The notes under the pieces are model-generated. The model ran no database searches. It was not told the DNA's origin and saw nothing but the letters and a program-made list of their open reading frames with translations. A program made the position numbers and the translations under genes. Shown here piece after piece: positions 14,104 to 25,803 of a DNA stretch of 64,000 nucleotides (positions are counted from its first letter, which is position 1; the number at the start of each line of letters is the position of its first letter). The stretch is from Mizuhopecten yessoensis. Its lineage: Eukaryota. The stretch is taken from NCBI RefSeq assembly GCF_002113885.1, contig NW_018408899.1, positions 333,988 through 397,987 on the forward strand, given 5' to 3'.

Positions 14104-14460
14104 TTAAGATTTGAAGTCGAATGTATGGTAGAATTGTTTCTCGGATTTAAGTCCCGTTGGCTGGGTGACGAAGTTGTTGAATGAGAAGGTAGATATGGGA
14201 GGAGAGCTGGGCATGGCCGTTGACCCTGGCGATCCCACGGATAGAGAAGGGGAGCCGATCGGAGAAGTAGGGTCTTCTACACTGCCCTGACGCCCAATCT
14301 GAATGGTCTTAGTCTTGGCGAGGTCGACTTTCGGCTTCTTCACAGCAGGTTGATTTAGCCAGTGGTAATCAACAGATTTTGATGCGGGTACCGTGTTGAG
14401 ATGCGGAGCATAGTGGGGCTCGTTCCCACCCCCAAGTTTGCGAAAAATTTTCGGGTCCAT
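14104..14460 (-). CDS. Uncharacterised 118-aa Ser/Pro-rich protein; single coding exon preceded by a non-coding first exon (~14886-14968)
   Basis: A GC-richer ORF MDPKIFRKLGG...FYHTFDFKS* in an AT-rich background. Acceptor ttttgacag|gcATG sits 2 nt before the start, and donor cag|gtaag is at 14885 (423-nt intron). TATATAAA lies at 14991-14998 on the minus strand. Confidence 0.85.
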   Translation of the reverse strand: MDPKIFRKLGGGNEPHYAPHLNTVPASKSVDYHWLNQPAVKKPKVDLAKTKTIQIGRQGSVEDPTSPIGSPSLSVGSPGSTAMPSSPPISTFSFNNFVTQPTGLKSEKQFYHTFDFKS

Positions 14461-14959
14461 GCCTGTCAAAATTACAAAAAAGACACTCATTAACATTATA
14501 GTATGCCCTCTGAATAGAAATAAGGCCTGGGCTATTTATATTTTGCATCACCGCAAGTAAATAAACACTCGCCGCCACCCTCCCTTATTTGAATTGGAAG
14601 TGTAATTATTAACTATTGCAAAAGCACATACATGTGTATGTAACTTGTTATTGCATGGTGACAGTATTGAGCTGGTCTTCGTTCACAACAACCAGCTCAA
14701 ACGAACACAACTCGAGAATCACAATTTTAAACAAATATTGTGCGACACCCGCTGCAATATTACCTTAATTGGGATCCAGCAGTGTATTCCATACAGATAC
14801 AGATAAATCTGCCATGACAACCATTCTAAACCAAATGTCACCAAATATTATTGTATCATTCACGTAATGAGGAAACATAACTTACCTGTTTTCAATGTCT
14901 TGAGACAAAACAAATAATCAAGAACGATTTCTTTCCTTCTTTCAATGTCGCTAGTCCGG

Positions 14960-15350
14960 GTTTGTTATGCTAAACGAGAGCGTGCAATCGTTTATATACC
15001 CAGCCCCTGTCGCGGGAAATGAACCCCGCAGAATTTTTCACGTAAACAAGCTCGAACGACCTTGAGAAACCTTGGAGAGCCTTTATGTTGTTTACTAACA
15101 CGACACAGCCCCGGCTAAATACATCATGTGACCAGAGTTTAATCGTCAACTGTTTAAAAAAAAAAGAGCAATGTTGACAATACTATCTGTATAATTCTGT
15201 TGCTACGAAACGCTACTTAATTAATTTGATTAGAATGGTATGACGATTAAATCGTTCAATTGTGTTCTAGAAGACGCGGAGAATAACCAGGTCACATGCG
15301 CTATTTTAAAAAGTACTTAAACCATGCATACACAATGAGGCTGTGTTTAC
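14960..15350 (-). promoter_or_regulatory. TATA promoter with clustered FOXO and MITF/TFE-type E-box motifs
   Basis: TATATAAA at 14991-14998 (-). GTAAACAA at 15042, TTGTTTAC at 15088 and TGTTTAC at 15344 (forkhead/FOXO). TCATGTGAC at 15124 and GTCACATG at 15291 (M-box/CLEAR-like). Confidence 0.65.
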
Positions 15351-18287
15351 ATACCGCTATTTATCTAATGAACCGCACTATATTACATTTTAAGCATGAC
15401 AAGCATTCGAATGACTATCATTTGAAGGCAGGTACGGCAGCACGTGGATAGGGGTTTGGGATGAGGGTTGGATGTAGCCCGAGTTTCCTCTAGCCCCAAC
15501 ACCAGACTTACACATTTTGACATATATATAGATGTTTGGTGTGGACTAGGGTTGGATGGTGAGGTGAGATTATCGGATTTTATGTAAATACAAAATTCAG
15601 GAATGTGCACTCGAGTATCACAGCAGTGGATACATTGATTACTCAGTCTTTAAATACAGTAGGAACATATGTTGCCTGTAAGTATTGACTGAATTTTATA
15701 TAATGTAGCACAACGCCTCGTTTTGGCACGTGCACACAAATATATTTGACTAGTCATACGTTACATGATGCCATGCCAACTCGTCAATTAGGGAGGCTGC
15801 TGCAGCAGAGGTGCAAGATGCAGCTATACCGTCCGTATTAGTACCATTATAAAGCTGTGCTGTACGTGCACCTTCAATAACGAAACCAAAAAAAGCCAGA
15901 AGAACCAACTAAAATTAAGTATGCAGATAAACAAACGATACAAATACACAACAGCGATTTATATGACTCCAATTTGAGTTTATAAATGTATGTCTCGAGT
16001 TTGCGTTCTGGAATCAGGGACGCAGACAAAGCGAACACATGTGTATACTGTATGTGCATGCTTCCTCATTCCAGGGCATACGCTGCGTCTCTTAGTTCAG
16101 CTGATGTAAGAGAGCATGACCTCTGAATTACAAGGGAAACATACAATCCCTCTCCCAATGCATGCACGCATATTATTTTGTTAACGGTACAATTTCAGAA
16201 GAACATACACTGTTCATTTATATCAGTGCATTAATATGGGAAGAGACTAATTTTTATATTAATATTTTACATTCATTACTACGACAATATATCGTATCAT
16301 CTTATATATTATTGTATGTCTTGTTCAATTCCCGGCACATGCATCTCAAGGATTCCGTAACTTCCCATATACAGAAATGTGGTTGATTCTCCCTGAACTA
16401 GGGCCGCGTAAACGGTCTCCGTTCATGATCAGTCACAGAAAAACGGTGACTATGTCTTGTACCTCCGACGTAAACAGTAACACGACCTTAATCTCGAGAT
16501 GACCTAATTCTGTTATGTGGTGTAATCGCAAGATTGTAAGGTAAATGTGTTATCTTGTCTCGTGTAAGTACAGTAGAGAACAGTCACTCTCCAGTTGCGA
16601 AAATATTTCATTTTAATCGTCGATGGTTGTTGGTAAAGAATGCAACAACGAACTAATTAAATAACATTTTCCTTCCAAAAACACCAGGAATATTTTCACA
16701 GGGAAACGCCATTTAAATCAGGTATCGTCGATCAAATACTTAAATGTTTTTAAATGCCCCTTTGGTACCTTGCTAACCCATCAGTAACATATAAACGTAT
16801 AAATATAATAGGACTAGATTATCCTTTGGCATATATATATATATACAGTGTATGTATTTGTAGCAATCAAAATGTATTTCTTTACTTTCGAGAACTACGT
16901 ACGTAATGAAAACAAATATTCGCCAGGAGTCAATATTGATGTATCTCGCAAAACAAATCTTGAATACATAGAAGTTCCCCATATCTTGTTTTAATGATAA
17001 CAAATTTGCAACATTCGGAAAGCAATGTTTTATGCATGCTACCAGTTTCCGAAAGGGAAGAAATCTCATAGAATTGTGACGCCGATTACGAATACTACGC
17101 CATTTGAAGCATGACGTCACAACGCATGGCATACGTGACGTGCTATTTTAACCAATGAAGACACTGGCCAAACCTGCTATACAGTGTGCCACACGAGGTC
17201 TCAATTCCGTGACCCTGCGGTCATTGCCCATAACACCCTCACCACAGATTGGTAACATCCCCAGATACAAGATTGTTGACTCCTGCAGGGTCAGAATACT
17301 TATAAGTTCTCCAAACTGTTATACGCCACTTTTACAATGCTACATGTTTGGTTTTCTAATCAAAATGATTATTCATACTGTTTAATATGTCTTTTGCTCC
17401 TGTAAACATGTTGTTTACTACTGTTGAGTCTGACATATACTGTTTAAATTGTGTCAACAGATTAAAGTTAATTCACCTTTGGGATACATGTAAGCGTGCA
17501 TGTAATAAATATTCATGTTATACATATATTTCAACCACAGCATTTGCATTCCATTTGCGTCTCAGTGGCGGATCCCGACTCGGATATGTATGGTGTTACG
17601 CAACCGTGTCTATTATTTCAGATGTACCTCGGTATTCCGGACAATCGTGATCCGTAAACAGTCGGATTCATGGTCCGTATACATTCAGAGACAATTGTGA
17701 TCCGTTAACAGTCGGATTCATGGTCCGTATTTAAAATCGAAGTTGAATGTATATTTTACCGGATAATTCCTTATGGATGCTCTCTGTTTTGGTAAACAAA
17801 GTGATCCAAGGTTCCTCAAAATTTAAAATCATGCAAATTGTAAGGTGATGAGATCTGCAGGCAGCCTGTCCATAATTACAAAGTTAATCATTATTAATTC
17901 CAGTTTGGTGCTTAGATAAACAAATTTATACAGTTTTATAGCAATAAATATGTTGTTTAGCAGTAAGCATAAAAAGCCATCAATTTAGCTCACTGTTTTT
18001 CCTTACACTGCTTCCGTGTAAAAAAGATTGATGATTCATACGAACAAACAGGTCACTGTTCATATCTTAAAACCATAATGAATTATGTAAATAAATGCCC
18101 ATACAGTCAGCTGGTTTCAGTCGGTCTCGTTTGTCGATAACAACACATCACGTGCTCACGTGCTAGTAACGAGGTCACTATACCTTCATGTAAACAAGAC
18201 TGTCACAGCTCAAGTTGAATTGTACTATGTACGCTCGACGTTGTTCTCTGCACGTAACGTTAGGTGCGTGCGTGACGCACAGATGAG

Positions 18288-19369
18288 TTTTTTTAGGTCA
18301 CCTGAGACTTTACCTGAGACAAAGTCTCAAGTGACCTATTGCGATCGCCTTTTGTCCGTCGTCGTCCGTCGTCCGTCGTGCGTCCGTAAACAATTTACAT
18401 TTTCGACTTCTTCTCCAATACCCCTGAACCAATTTCAATGAAATTGTCCAGGGACCTTCCATGGACAAAGGTCAACAAAAATAGTGGCCAGTTTAGTCCC
18501 AAACCCACAGGGGCCTGAGGGGCCGGGCCAAAAAGGGTCAAATTGACTAAAATTTCAAAAATCTTCTTCTCAAGACCCAGATATGGTAGAATCAAATGCT
18601 CTTCATAGATGGAAGGGTCTTAAGGTGCTTTACCGAAATTGTGAATTTCATGACCCTGGGGTCTCACGTTTCCCCCTGGGGAGGGGGTAAACTTTACTAT
18701 AGTTTATATAGGGAAATCACATTTTGGACCAACATTTGTTTAATTTCCATTGGAAGTAATTCAATTTGGGTTAGCATTATCAGTATTAGGTAGCAGTTTG
18801 ATAATAAGCACATATCAGCCCTGACTGACCCCCAGGGGCTGATGGGTGGGGCCAAAAAGGGTCGAATTTACTGAAATTTCAAAAATCTTCTTCTCAAGAC
18901 CCAGATATGGTAGAATCAAATACTCTTCATAGATGGAAGGGTCTTAAGGTTTATGACCCTAGGGTCTCACGTTTACCCCCTGGGGGAGGGGGGGGGGGGG
19001 GCAAAATTTATTATGGTTTATAATGGCAAATGATACTTTGAATATTACATGTTAATAACTTGATTGGAATTATAACCTTGAGTTGACAGTTTGATACTTT
19101 GAAAATTTTGAGCCAGCCCTACCCCCAAGGGCTGTAGGGTTGGGCTCAAAGGAGTCAGTGTGCTAAAATTTCTTCATTTTCCTTGTTTAGAATCAGAGGT
19201 GCTAGTTTCAAATACTTTTTAGTCTGAAATCTGTATGCTAGATATTGAATAAGGTGGTTTTATTGTTTTTTTTGTCACTTTGAATAATATTTCTGTTCAT
19301 GTTAAAAACAAAATCAACTCTCTGTATAAATATATCAGGTGACCGTTAAGGCCCATGGGCCTCTTGTTT
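18288..19369 (+). mobile_element. Complete HINE (Helentron-associated non-autonomous element)
   Basis: 5' T-run, then aggtcacctg, its partial inverse agtgacct, a (cgtc)n microsatellite at 18356-18387 and duplicated internal blocks (gccaaaa.gggtc..att.act.aaatttcaaaaatcttcttctcaagacccag at ~18527 and ~18851). The 3' end is caggtgacc plus the palindrome aggcccatgggcct plus cttgttt. Confidence 0.85.
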
Positions 19370-20099
19370 ATTTAACGCATAACAAAAAAAGAGAGGATTT
19401 CATACTCATATACATTCGTTGAAACTTAGCTAAGTAACTACAAATCGAAGAAACGGTACACGTTTATGTACACTGTAATCGAGACTCGCAGTTGCTATGG
19501 TTGTCACAGACACCTTGGATTCTCCTCCATGTTTTGTATCAGGAGCCGTCCCTGACCTAGGTTTGCCTGTAAATGTTTGGCAAACTTATTGGTAAGAAGA
19601 TATTGAAAACACATCATACCAAATATATATTGTATAGTACACTTATACTATCTTCTTACAAGTTAGCGTGCCAAACACCATCTAAATCATACAATTATGA
19701 CGGGAAAGTATAAAGTATTACAGTATACCTGGCTCTGATATCACGTTTTAAATGTCAGTTAGCGGTATAGCCCATCATACATTATAAAACATTAAAGAAA
19801 AAAACATTGATCTACCATTACTCCAATTATATTTTTCCTTAGACAGAATATCATACGATCAGTAGAGCCCAGTTGTAATTTGAATTGAGTTTTTTTTACA
19901 ACTAAACATTGTTTTTCTTATATTGATTTCTTTCACCAGATTAAGTACAACTGCATAGCATATAAAGAAGTTTCGACAGAGATGTCTACCTGGTTTTCTC
20001 AGTCTTGAGGTTAAATTCATACGTATGGCCGGGTCTTAGTCGATTCCCATATCAGACGTGATTTAAGGTTTACGATTCTTATTTTTTGTCCCTTTTTAT

Positions 20100-21942
20100 G
20101 CTTTTTTAGCTTTTATTAGTGAAGGGACACGCGTGAATGTACACATCTTATCGTTTCCACATATGCTCTTTTTTTAAACAGAGACTGACCTAATAAATCA
20201 CCCAGACCCACGTCCATGGTCACGGGGTTCAAATGTGTTAAAATCTTTAAATTGGTACTATAATTATGTGTCATGAGTTATATGAAAGTGATATTTGACT
20301 TAAATTTGCGAGGGTAAAGAACTAGCAGATTTGTTCAATATTTGACTTTGACCGATATTCAAGGTAAAAACTACGGTATTATAATGTGTTAATCTATGCA
20401 ACTGCTTCTGAAGAAGCATAATGGCTGGAATTGTGACATTTGTCGTTTAGCTTGCTTTACCAAATACGTTGAACCAAATTCAAAGTCGTGGGTCAAATGT
20501 GTTATATAAAATATGCAAGCGAATTAATGAGGGCTAAAGTAATGACGTTTGCTCTGTAGTTCGCTTGCTGAGGGCCAACTAAAAGATAAAAAACAACAAC
20601 ATATTCAAGATTGCACGGGTTAAACATTTTCATTGACTTTTTCTGATAACTCATTAGCCTTAACGTAACAATAATTGAATGAAGGGCTTTCAAGCATTTC
20701 AGGCCACTGGGGATACATTTGGTTAAAACTTCAAATGAGGTCTTTTTAAGAACCATAGTTTGTTCAAAGTAATGACCATGTAGACCAATATTCAGATCAC
20801 ACGGGTCAAATGTGTTTAAATGATTTTTTTCTAATGAACCACTAGGTGTTGAGAAATGATATCAAACCCGTTGTTTGATAGGTTGAGGGGCTCTCAACAC
20901 TTCGACTATATAACCTTACACACAATTAAGGTCGCACGGGTCAAATGTGTTGAAAAGTGTAAACACCTTCTAAAGAGTCACACTGACTAAAATGTCTATA
21001 TTTGGTCTGTAGGTTACAGTTTAGATTCGAAGTCGTTCAAATAAATGAAATTATCATTTCAGATTTTATATATTGTCAACACCACTAATACATCATACGT
21101 ACACACAGAGAACTAATATTGAGAGTGCGTGTCGACCTACATTTGTTTGTTAGAACTGGTCTTATTCAATCTCAGGTATTTCCACAGTGAAATTTAATAT
21201 CACTTTCTGAAGAACTATATATATATACATACTCATTACTCTACAACAGAACTCACATAATACAACTATTGCTTTGTGTGTCCCGACCTTTTATATTATG
21301 TATTAGGTCATGCTCTCATGGTGATGCGAAACTAAATTGATTGTAATTTGATAAGTACATACTTACATTAAGTGATTATAATGGGCAAACGTTTTACTAG
21401 AGTGTGTGATCGAATTTTTCATATAATCTGTAAGGCACATAATATACTTTTTGTCTACGGTGGTACATGCATAATATTATTTTCTTCATTAGTTATCTTG
21501 AGCGCTCGATTTCTTTTTTATTATGTCTATCACTCGACCATCGTATGACTGTTAGACTGATCCGCCCCTCTTAGGTTGGTGAGTCAGATAGACTCTGTTA
21601 GACTGATCAGCCTCTCTTAGGTTGGTGAGTCAGATAGACTTCATTCTATAGTATCCTCTTACAGTTCTCATCAAATGTTGTTATTTTTCGAATAAATCCA
21701 CAATCAATGATGACCACTTGTCATTGCCGTTAGTTTATTATTTTGAATGTCTTTGGGTCAATTAGAAATCTGAGATGACCGCCGTGGTCTCAAGTTAGTA
21801 GAAGCAATTCAAATACTTGTCAAGTTACATCCTCAATACTGCAGAGCGAAAGTGAGCGTAACCCTGGGAGTATCGAGTGTGGTCTAGTTAAGACTACAAA
21901 AGAAACGAGTGAGCGCTACACAGGCCCTATCGGCCTATTGTT
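20100..21942 (+). mobile_element. Old degenerate HINE-like element with nested fragments
   Basis: Starts tttttagct, has repeated ggtcaaatgtgtt units (~20228, 20491, 20804, 20939) and ends gtgagcgctacacaggccctatcggcctattgtt. Confidence 0.45.
21549..21639. repeat. Tandem duplication, 2 x ~46 bp
   Basis: ctgttagactgatc.gcc.ctcttaggttggtgagtcagatagact occurs twice. Confidence 0.9.
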
Positions 21943-23103
21943 TCATTTGATCTCGATTGTTTGTCAAATGACGACAGGTTGTATAGATGTTTACACTTGC
22001 AAACTGACAATTGGCTGTTCTTTTAGGAAGACACAATTTTGGTCATGCAATATCAGCCATGAATTATATCGCGTAATATACTATCACAAACTGTGTTCTG
22101 ATTAACCAATACAATCCGAAGTAACATCACAAATGATTAGAATTCGCGGATTATTACGGGAATTTTCAACGGAACGAACCTGTTGACAAATATCCACTAT
22201 ATCATGTTCATGTTCTTGGATCATGTTCTGAACATCAGTTGCCTGTTCTCAGAAGAGTAAACAAATTTGATTTTTCATTCACAAAACCGGAGAACACACG
22301 AATAAAGATACTGTGATTGGTAAGTAGAGGAATATGATACCAAGGGCGAAGACGAAATGGTTAATGGCTATAACCTTGAAACTCGACCCTAGTGTGTTAT
22401 GGTTAAGGATCGCCATTCGGGTCACAGCGCGGTCACTGTTTACATTGTACCGTCAATAATGCTGATCACATACAGGTGTTTGGTTAGTACGTCGTCACAA
22501 CATGTTATTGCGGCAATGTCTATTGACGATGAGGCATCGTCGACATACAAAGCTTCCTCTCTCTATCATCCACAAGGTGCTGCACATTGAGCCTTCGATT
22601 TTGCTATGAAATATTCGAGGGGTGTAGAGAGCGAAAGTGAGCGTAACTCCTGGATATACACGTGTCGTACTTGAAGAATGCCATTTTGAAATCATGTATT
22701 ATATTATAATGTAGGGAAAGGGCTTGGTATAAGTTGAATAACTTGTGCACAACTCCCATTATACACAAATTACAATAAAATATGTTTAAATCAAGTACAT
22801 GTGTGTATCTAGTGCAGAACCCTTGGATTTCGGAGAGGATGATGGGGCCAATCAAGGGCCGGTCTAATGTCACAACCTGTAAACGATAGATGTAGCATGC
22901 CATCATCAGTAACCTTTTTGACAAGATGCAGTGACCACAGACGACACCTAATGGAAAGAATATATAAGATAGAAAGAACATGAATGTTGCATTGGAGGCA
23001 GCTCTTCTCGGTGTTCGAAAAGAGTGCTGCGCTCTCGCATTAGTTGCCTCGTACGATCATGTAGTGGGATCTTATAACAAGCCGATCTTACACAGATACA
23101 TAA

Positions 23104-23330
23104 CACAGGGACCTGAGCATTTGTTACAGCTATATTTGGACCTAAGCTTAGAAGTTTAGAGTAATTTTTGGTAAAAATGCCACCCCAATGATGATAATAT
23201 ACGAGTTTTATCATCATTGAGGGTGGCATTTTTACCGAAAATTGATCCAAACCCATTAAAACATGTAAAATTACTCTAAACGCCTTAGCTAAGGTCCAAA
23301 TATAGCCGTAAAAAATCTCAGGTCCCTGTG
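23104..23330. mobile_element. MITE with ~60-bp terminal inverted repeats and central hairpin (CA...TG ends; P- or hAT-like)
   Basis: cacagggacctgag...tatatttggacct..gct...tttagagtaatttt pairs with aaaattactctaaa...agctaaggtccaaatata...ctcaggtccctgtg. There is an internal palindrome ggtaaaaatgccacc...ggtggcatttttacc. The flanks atacataa/gcacataa resemble a decayed 8-bp TSD. Confidence 0.75.
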
Positions 23331-25332
23331 GCACATAAGACCAATATCCTTTGCTATTTTTCTACAATATATTATTCTCTTCTCATGAAAGTGAAAGTCC
23401 AAAATTCAAGTTGTCTTGAAGAAAACTAGGAACCGTTCAATGCATGCTCATGTCTTTGCGACGGTCTTTTTGATCTTTATCCCATACACACGTAAAAACT
23501 TTGCCGGGTTAAAATGTATCAATAATGTTCAATGTTTGTGTTTACTTACCAATGTTGTCTTATGTAGACCGAAGGCCTTTAGTAAGCTTACTTAATTGTG
23601 TCTTATCCTAAGGTATTGAAGTTGATTACATATATGTTTAAAATAAATCAATTTGACGTTAGACAAACGTTGCAACATTTAATAATTAAATGTTGTTGTA
23701 ATATTTTTTAGTTCAAAAGACAGAAAGTCAATAGATTGAATGACAATTTTAGATAGGAATTCTCAAATTTTAGATGAAGTGTGGCGGATTTATCTCCCTT
23801 GATACGCCGCAAGCCTGAAAATAAAGTTGATTTCCTTGGACTTACTGCAATGACACAAACAGATGAATTCAGCGTACACTGTTTGTTCATATCTCTATTT
23901 AAGCTGAGAACAAATTAAAACAATCCTAAAGCATTTATTTCCAAAAAGGTCATGTATGCGTCTTATTTTCGTTTGTTATTTCAAAATCATTGCATATATA
24001 TATAGATCTAACATTCTTACAATAAATTGAAAATATCCTATATTCTGTTTAGAAATAATCAATAATCAATACAAGATACAAGACACTTTATTTAACGTCG
24101 CATACAGGTAAACAAGGAACATTAGCTCTTGAGAGCTATTATTGCGACAAACATATGTAAAATAACAATAACATATTATAATACAAGTAAAGGGAGATAA
24201 TCACATATATTAATAAAAAGCAGTAGAATAATTATCACAGAAAAAGAAAATACCATATCCCAGGTTTTCTAAGTGATTGGGAGTCTTATTTATATACCTT
24301 TATTATTTAAGGATTAACTTGAATATATTTTTCATGTTATGGAGATATAACACAAAAAACGGAGTGTACTCTAAATAAACCGCGAATCCTTATACTTTAA
24401 TCTACTTTACACAATCCCTGTGGAAATCCACTTTTATTGATGGACACTTTTCTCTTAGAAATTATTGCGCTGCCGTATCAGCCAATCAAAAGCGATGTTA
24501 CAAACGGCGACGTCATTTTTTTACGTTATGGGCTGATAACATAAATTTGTAAGCCAATGAAAATGCTTGTTACAAGCAAGATTAAATTATATAAGTATAA
24601 TCAGCGACACAAATCAAATCTAATCTATTATCAATTCATATTATTCAGCACATCACAACTTCAGTGATCTTGTAACACTCCTTTTCGAAATTGAATAACA
24701 AAAAGGAGGCTAAAATTAAACGCATTTCTCCAGTTATATTCATCAAGCGTTACCGTATCAAACATCGATATATAATTAAAGGAAGACACAAGACAGGACA
24801 AAATCGTAGAAAAATAATGAATGTTTATGATATTTAGAATCATATGAGGCAATTACTGGAAGAAGAAGAAGAAGAAGCACAAATAACATACAATCGTTTC
24901 GGAGTGATAGTATTATCTCCCTTATCTGCCGTTGTAATGTGACAAACCGAAAGTAGAACAAGCGAGTATTCCTAGTACCACATTCCGGTATGTCACCGGT
25001 CTAGATGGAATGTCCACAGAGAGCGAGGTATGTGTTATATCTTTCCTTGTTGAGAATTATGACTTATTTTATGTTGTCACAATATGTCATCCCGGTTGTA
25101 CGGAGTGTCGAGTTTATCTTGGTACTCCGGTGGGTAGATTGTAGCCTCTCTCTCTATATATATTCATATCTTCAAGTTCGATGGAAAAAGGATTTGGCCA
25201 TTTATCGCGTGATTTCCGTGTATAATACGAAATATTCAAATGACTCTTGTTACAGAAGTTTAAATAAATTAATTTAAAATGTACTATATTGCTGGAATTC
25301 GTCACAGCGTGAGATATGAAGTGCATTATTAA

Positions 25333-25415
25333 CCCTTTCACCACTGTAGACCATAATGGACTCATCCATATCAATGCATGGTAGATCCTACTAAAGTTAC
25401 ATAGGGGTGAAAGGG
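25333..25415. mobile_element. 83-bp piggyBac-type MITE
   Basis: TTAA|CCCTTTCACC ... GGTGAAAGGG|TTAA: a TTAA duplication and CCC/GGG termini. Confidence 0.8.
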
Positions 25416-25803
25416 TTAATCCTATCATCACGGAATGATATAATATGAGAGTGTTAGTACAACAGATTATGTATCTTGGAGTCACAAAAGTTTAAAATAT
25501 CTTCAAACATTTATTGATCTTTTAAGAACATAGATATTTTATTCGTTTATTTATATGATAAATATATAAATTTCATTTTAGCTTAACGTCAAGCTATATG
25601 GTGGTAGGTAATACTGATTTAATATCACCACTGTTGTATATAGGTCACTCAGATTGTGGGAGACGGATATAACAACATGTATTGACGCGCTGATACTACA
25701 GGCTCATATTACAACACCGGGACATGTAACATGATATAAACGGAAGCTAGAAACAATTATAAGTGGACGTCGCAGTATATATAAAGTTGTAAATTACTGT
25801 ACG

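Noticed and set aside
24650-24878. Short (GAA)n-tailed fragment resembling a 5'-truncated LINE end
   Set aside because: Only the tail resembles the element ending at 52781, which is too little sequence to define boundaries.
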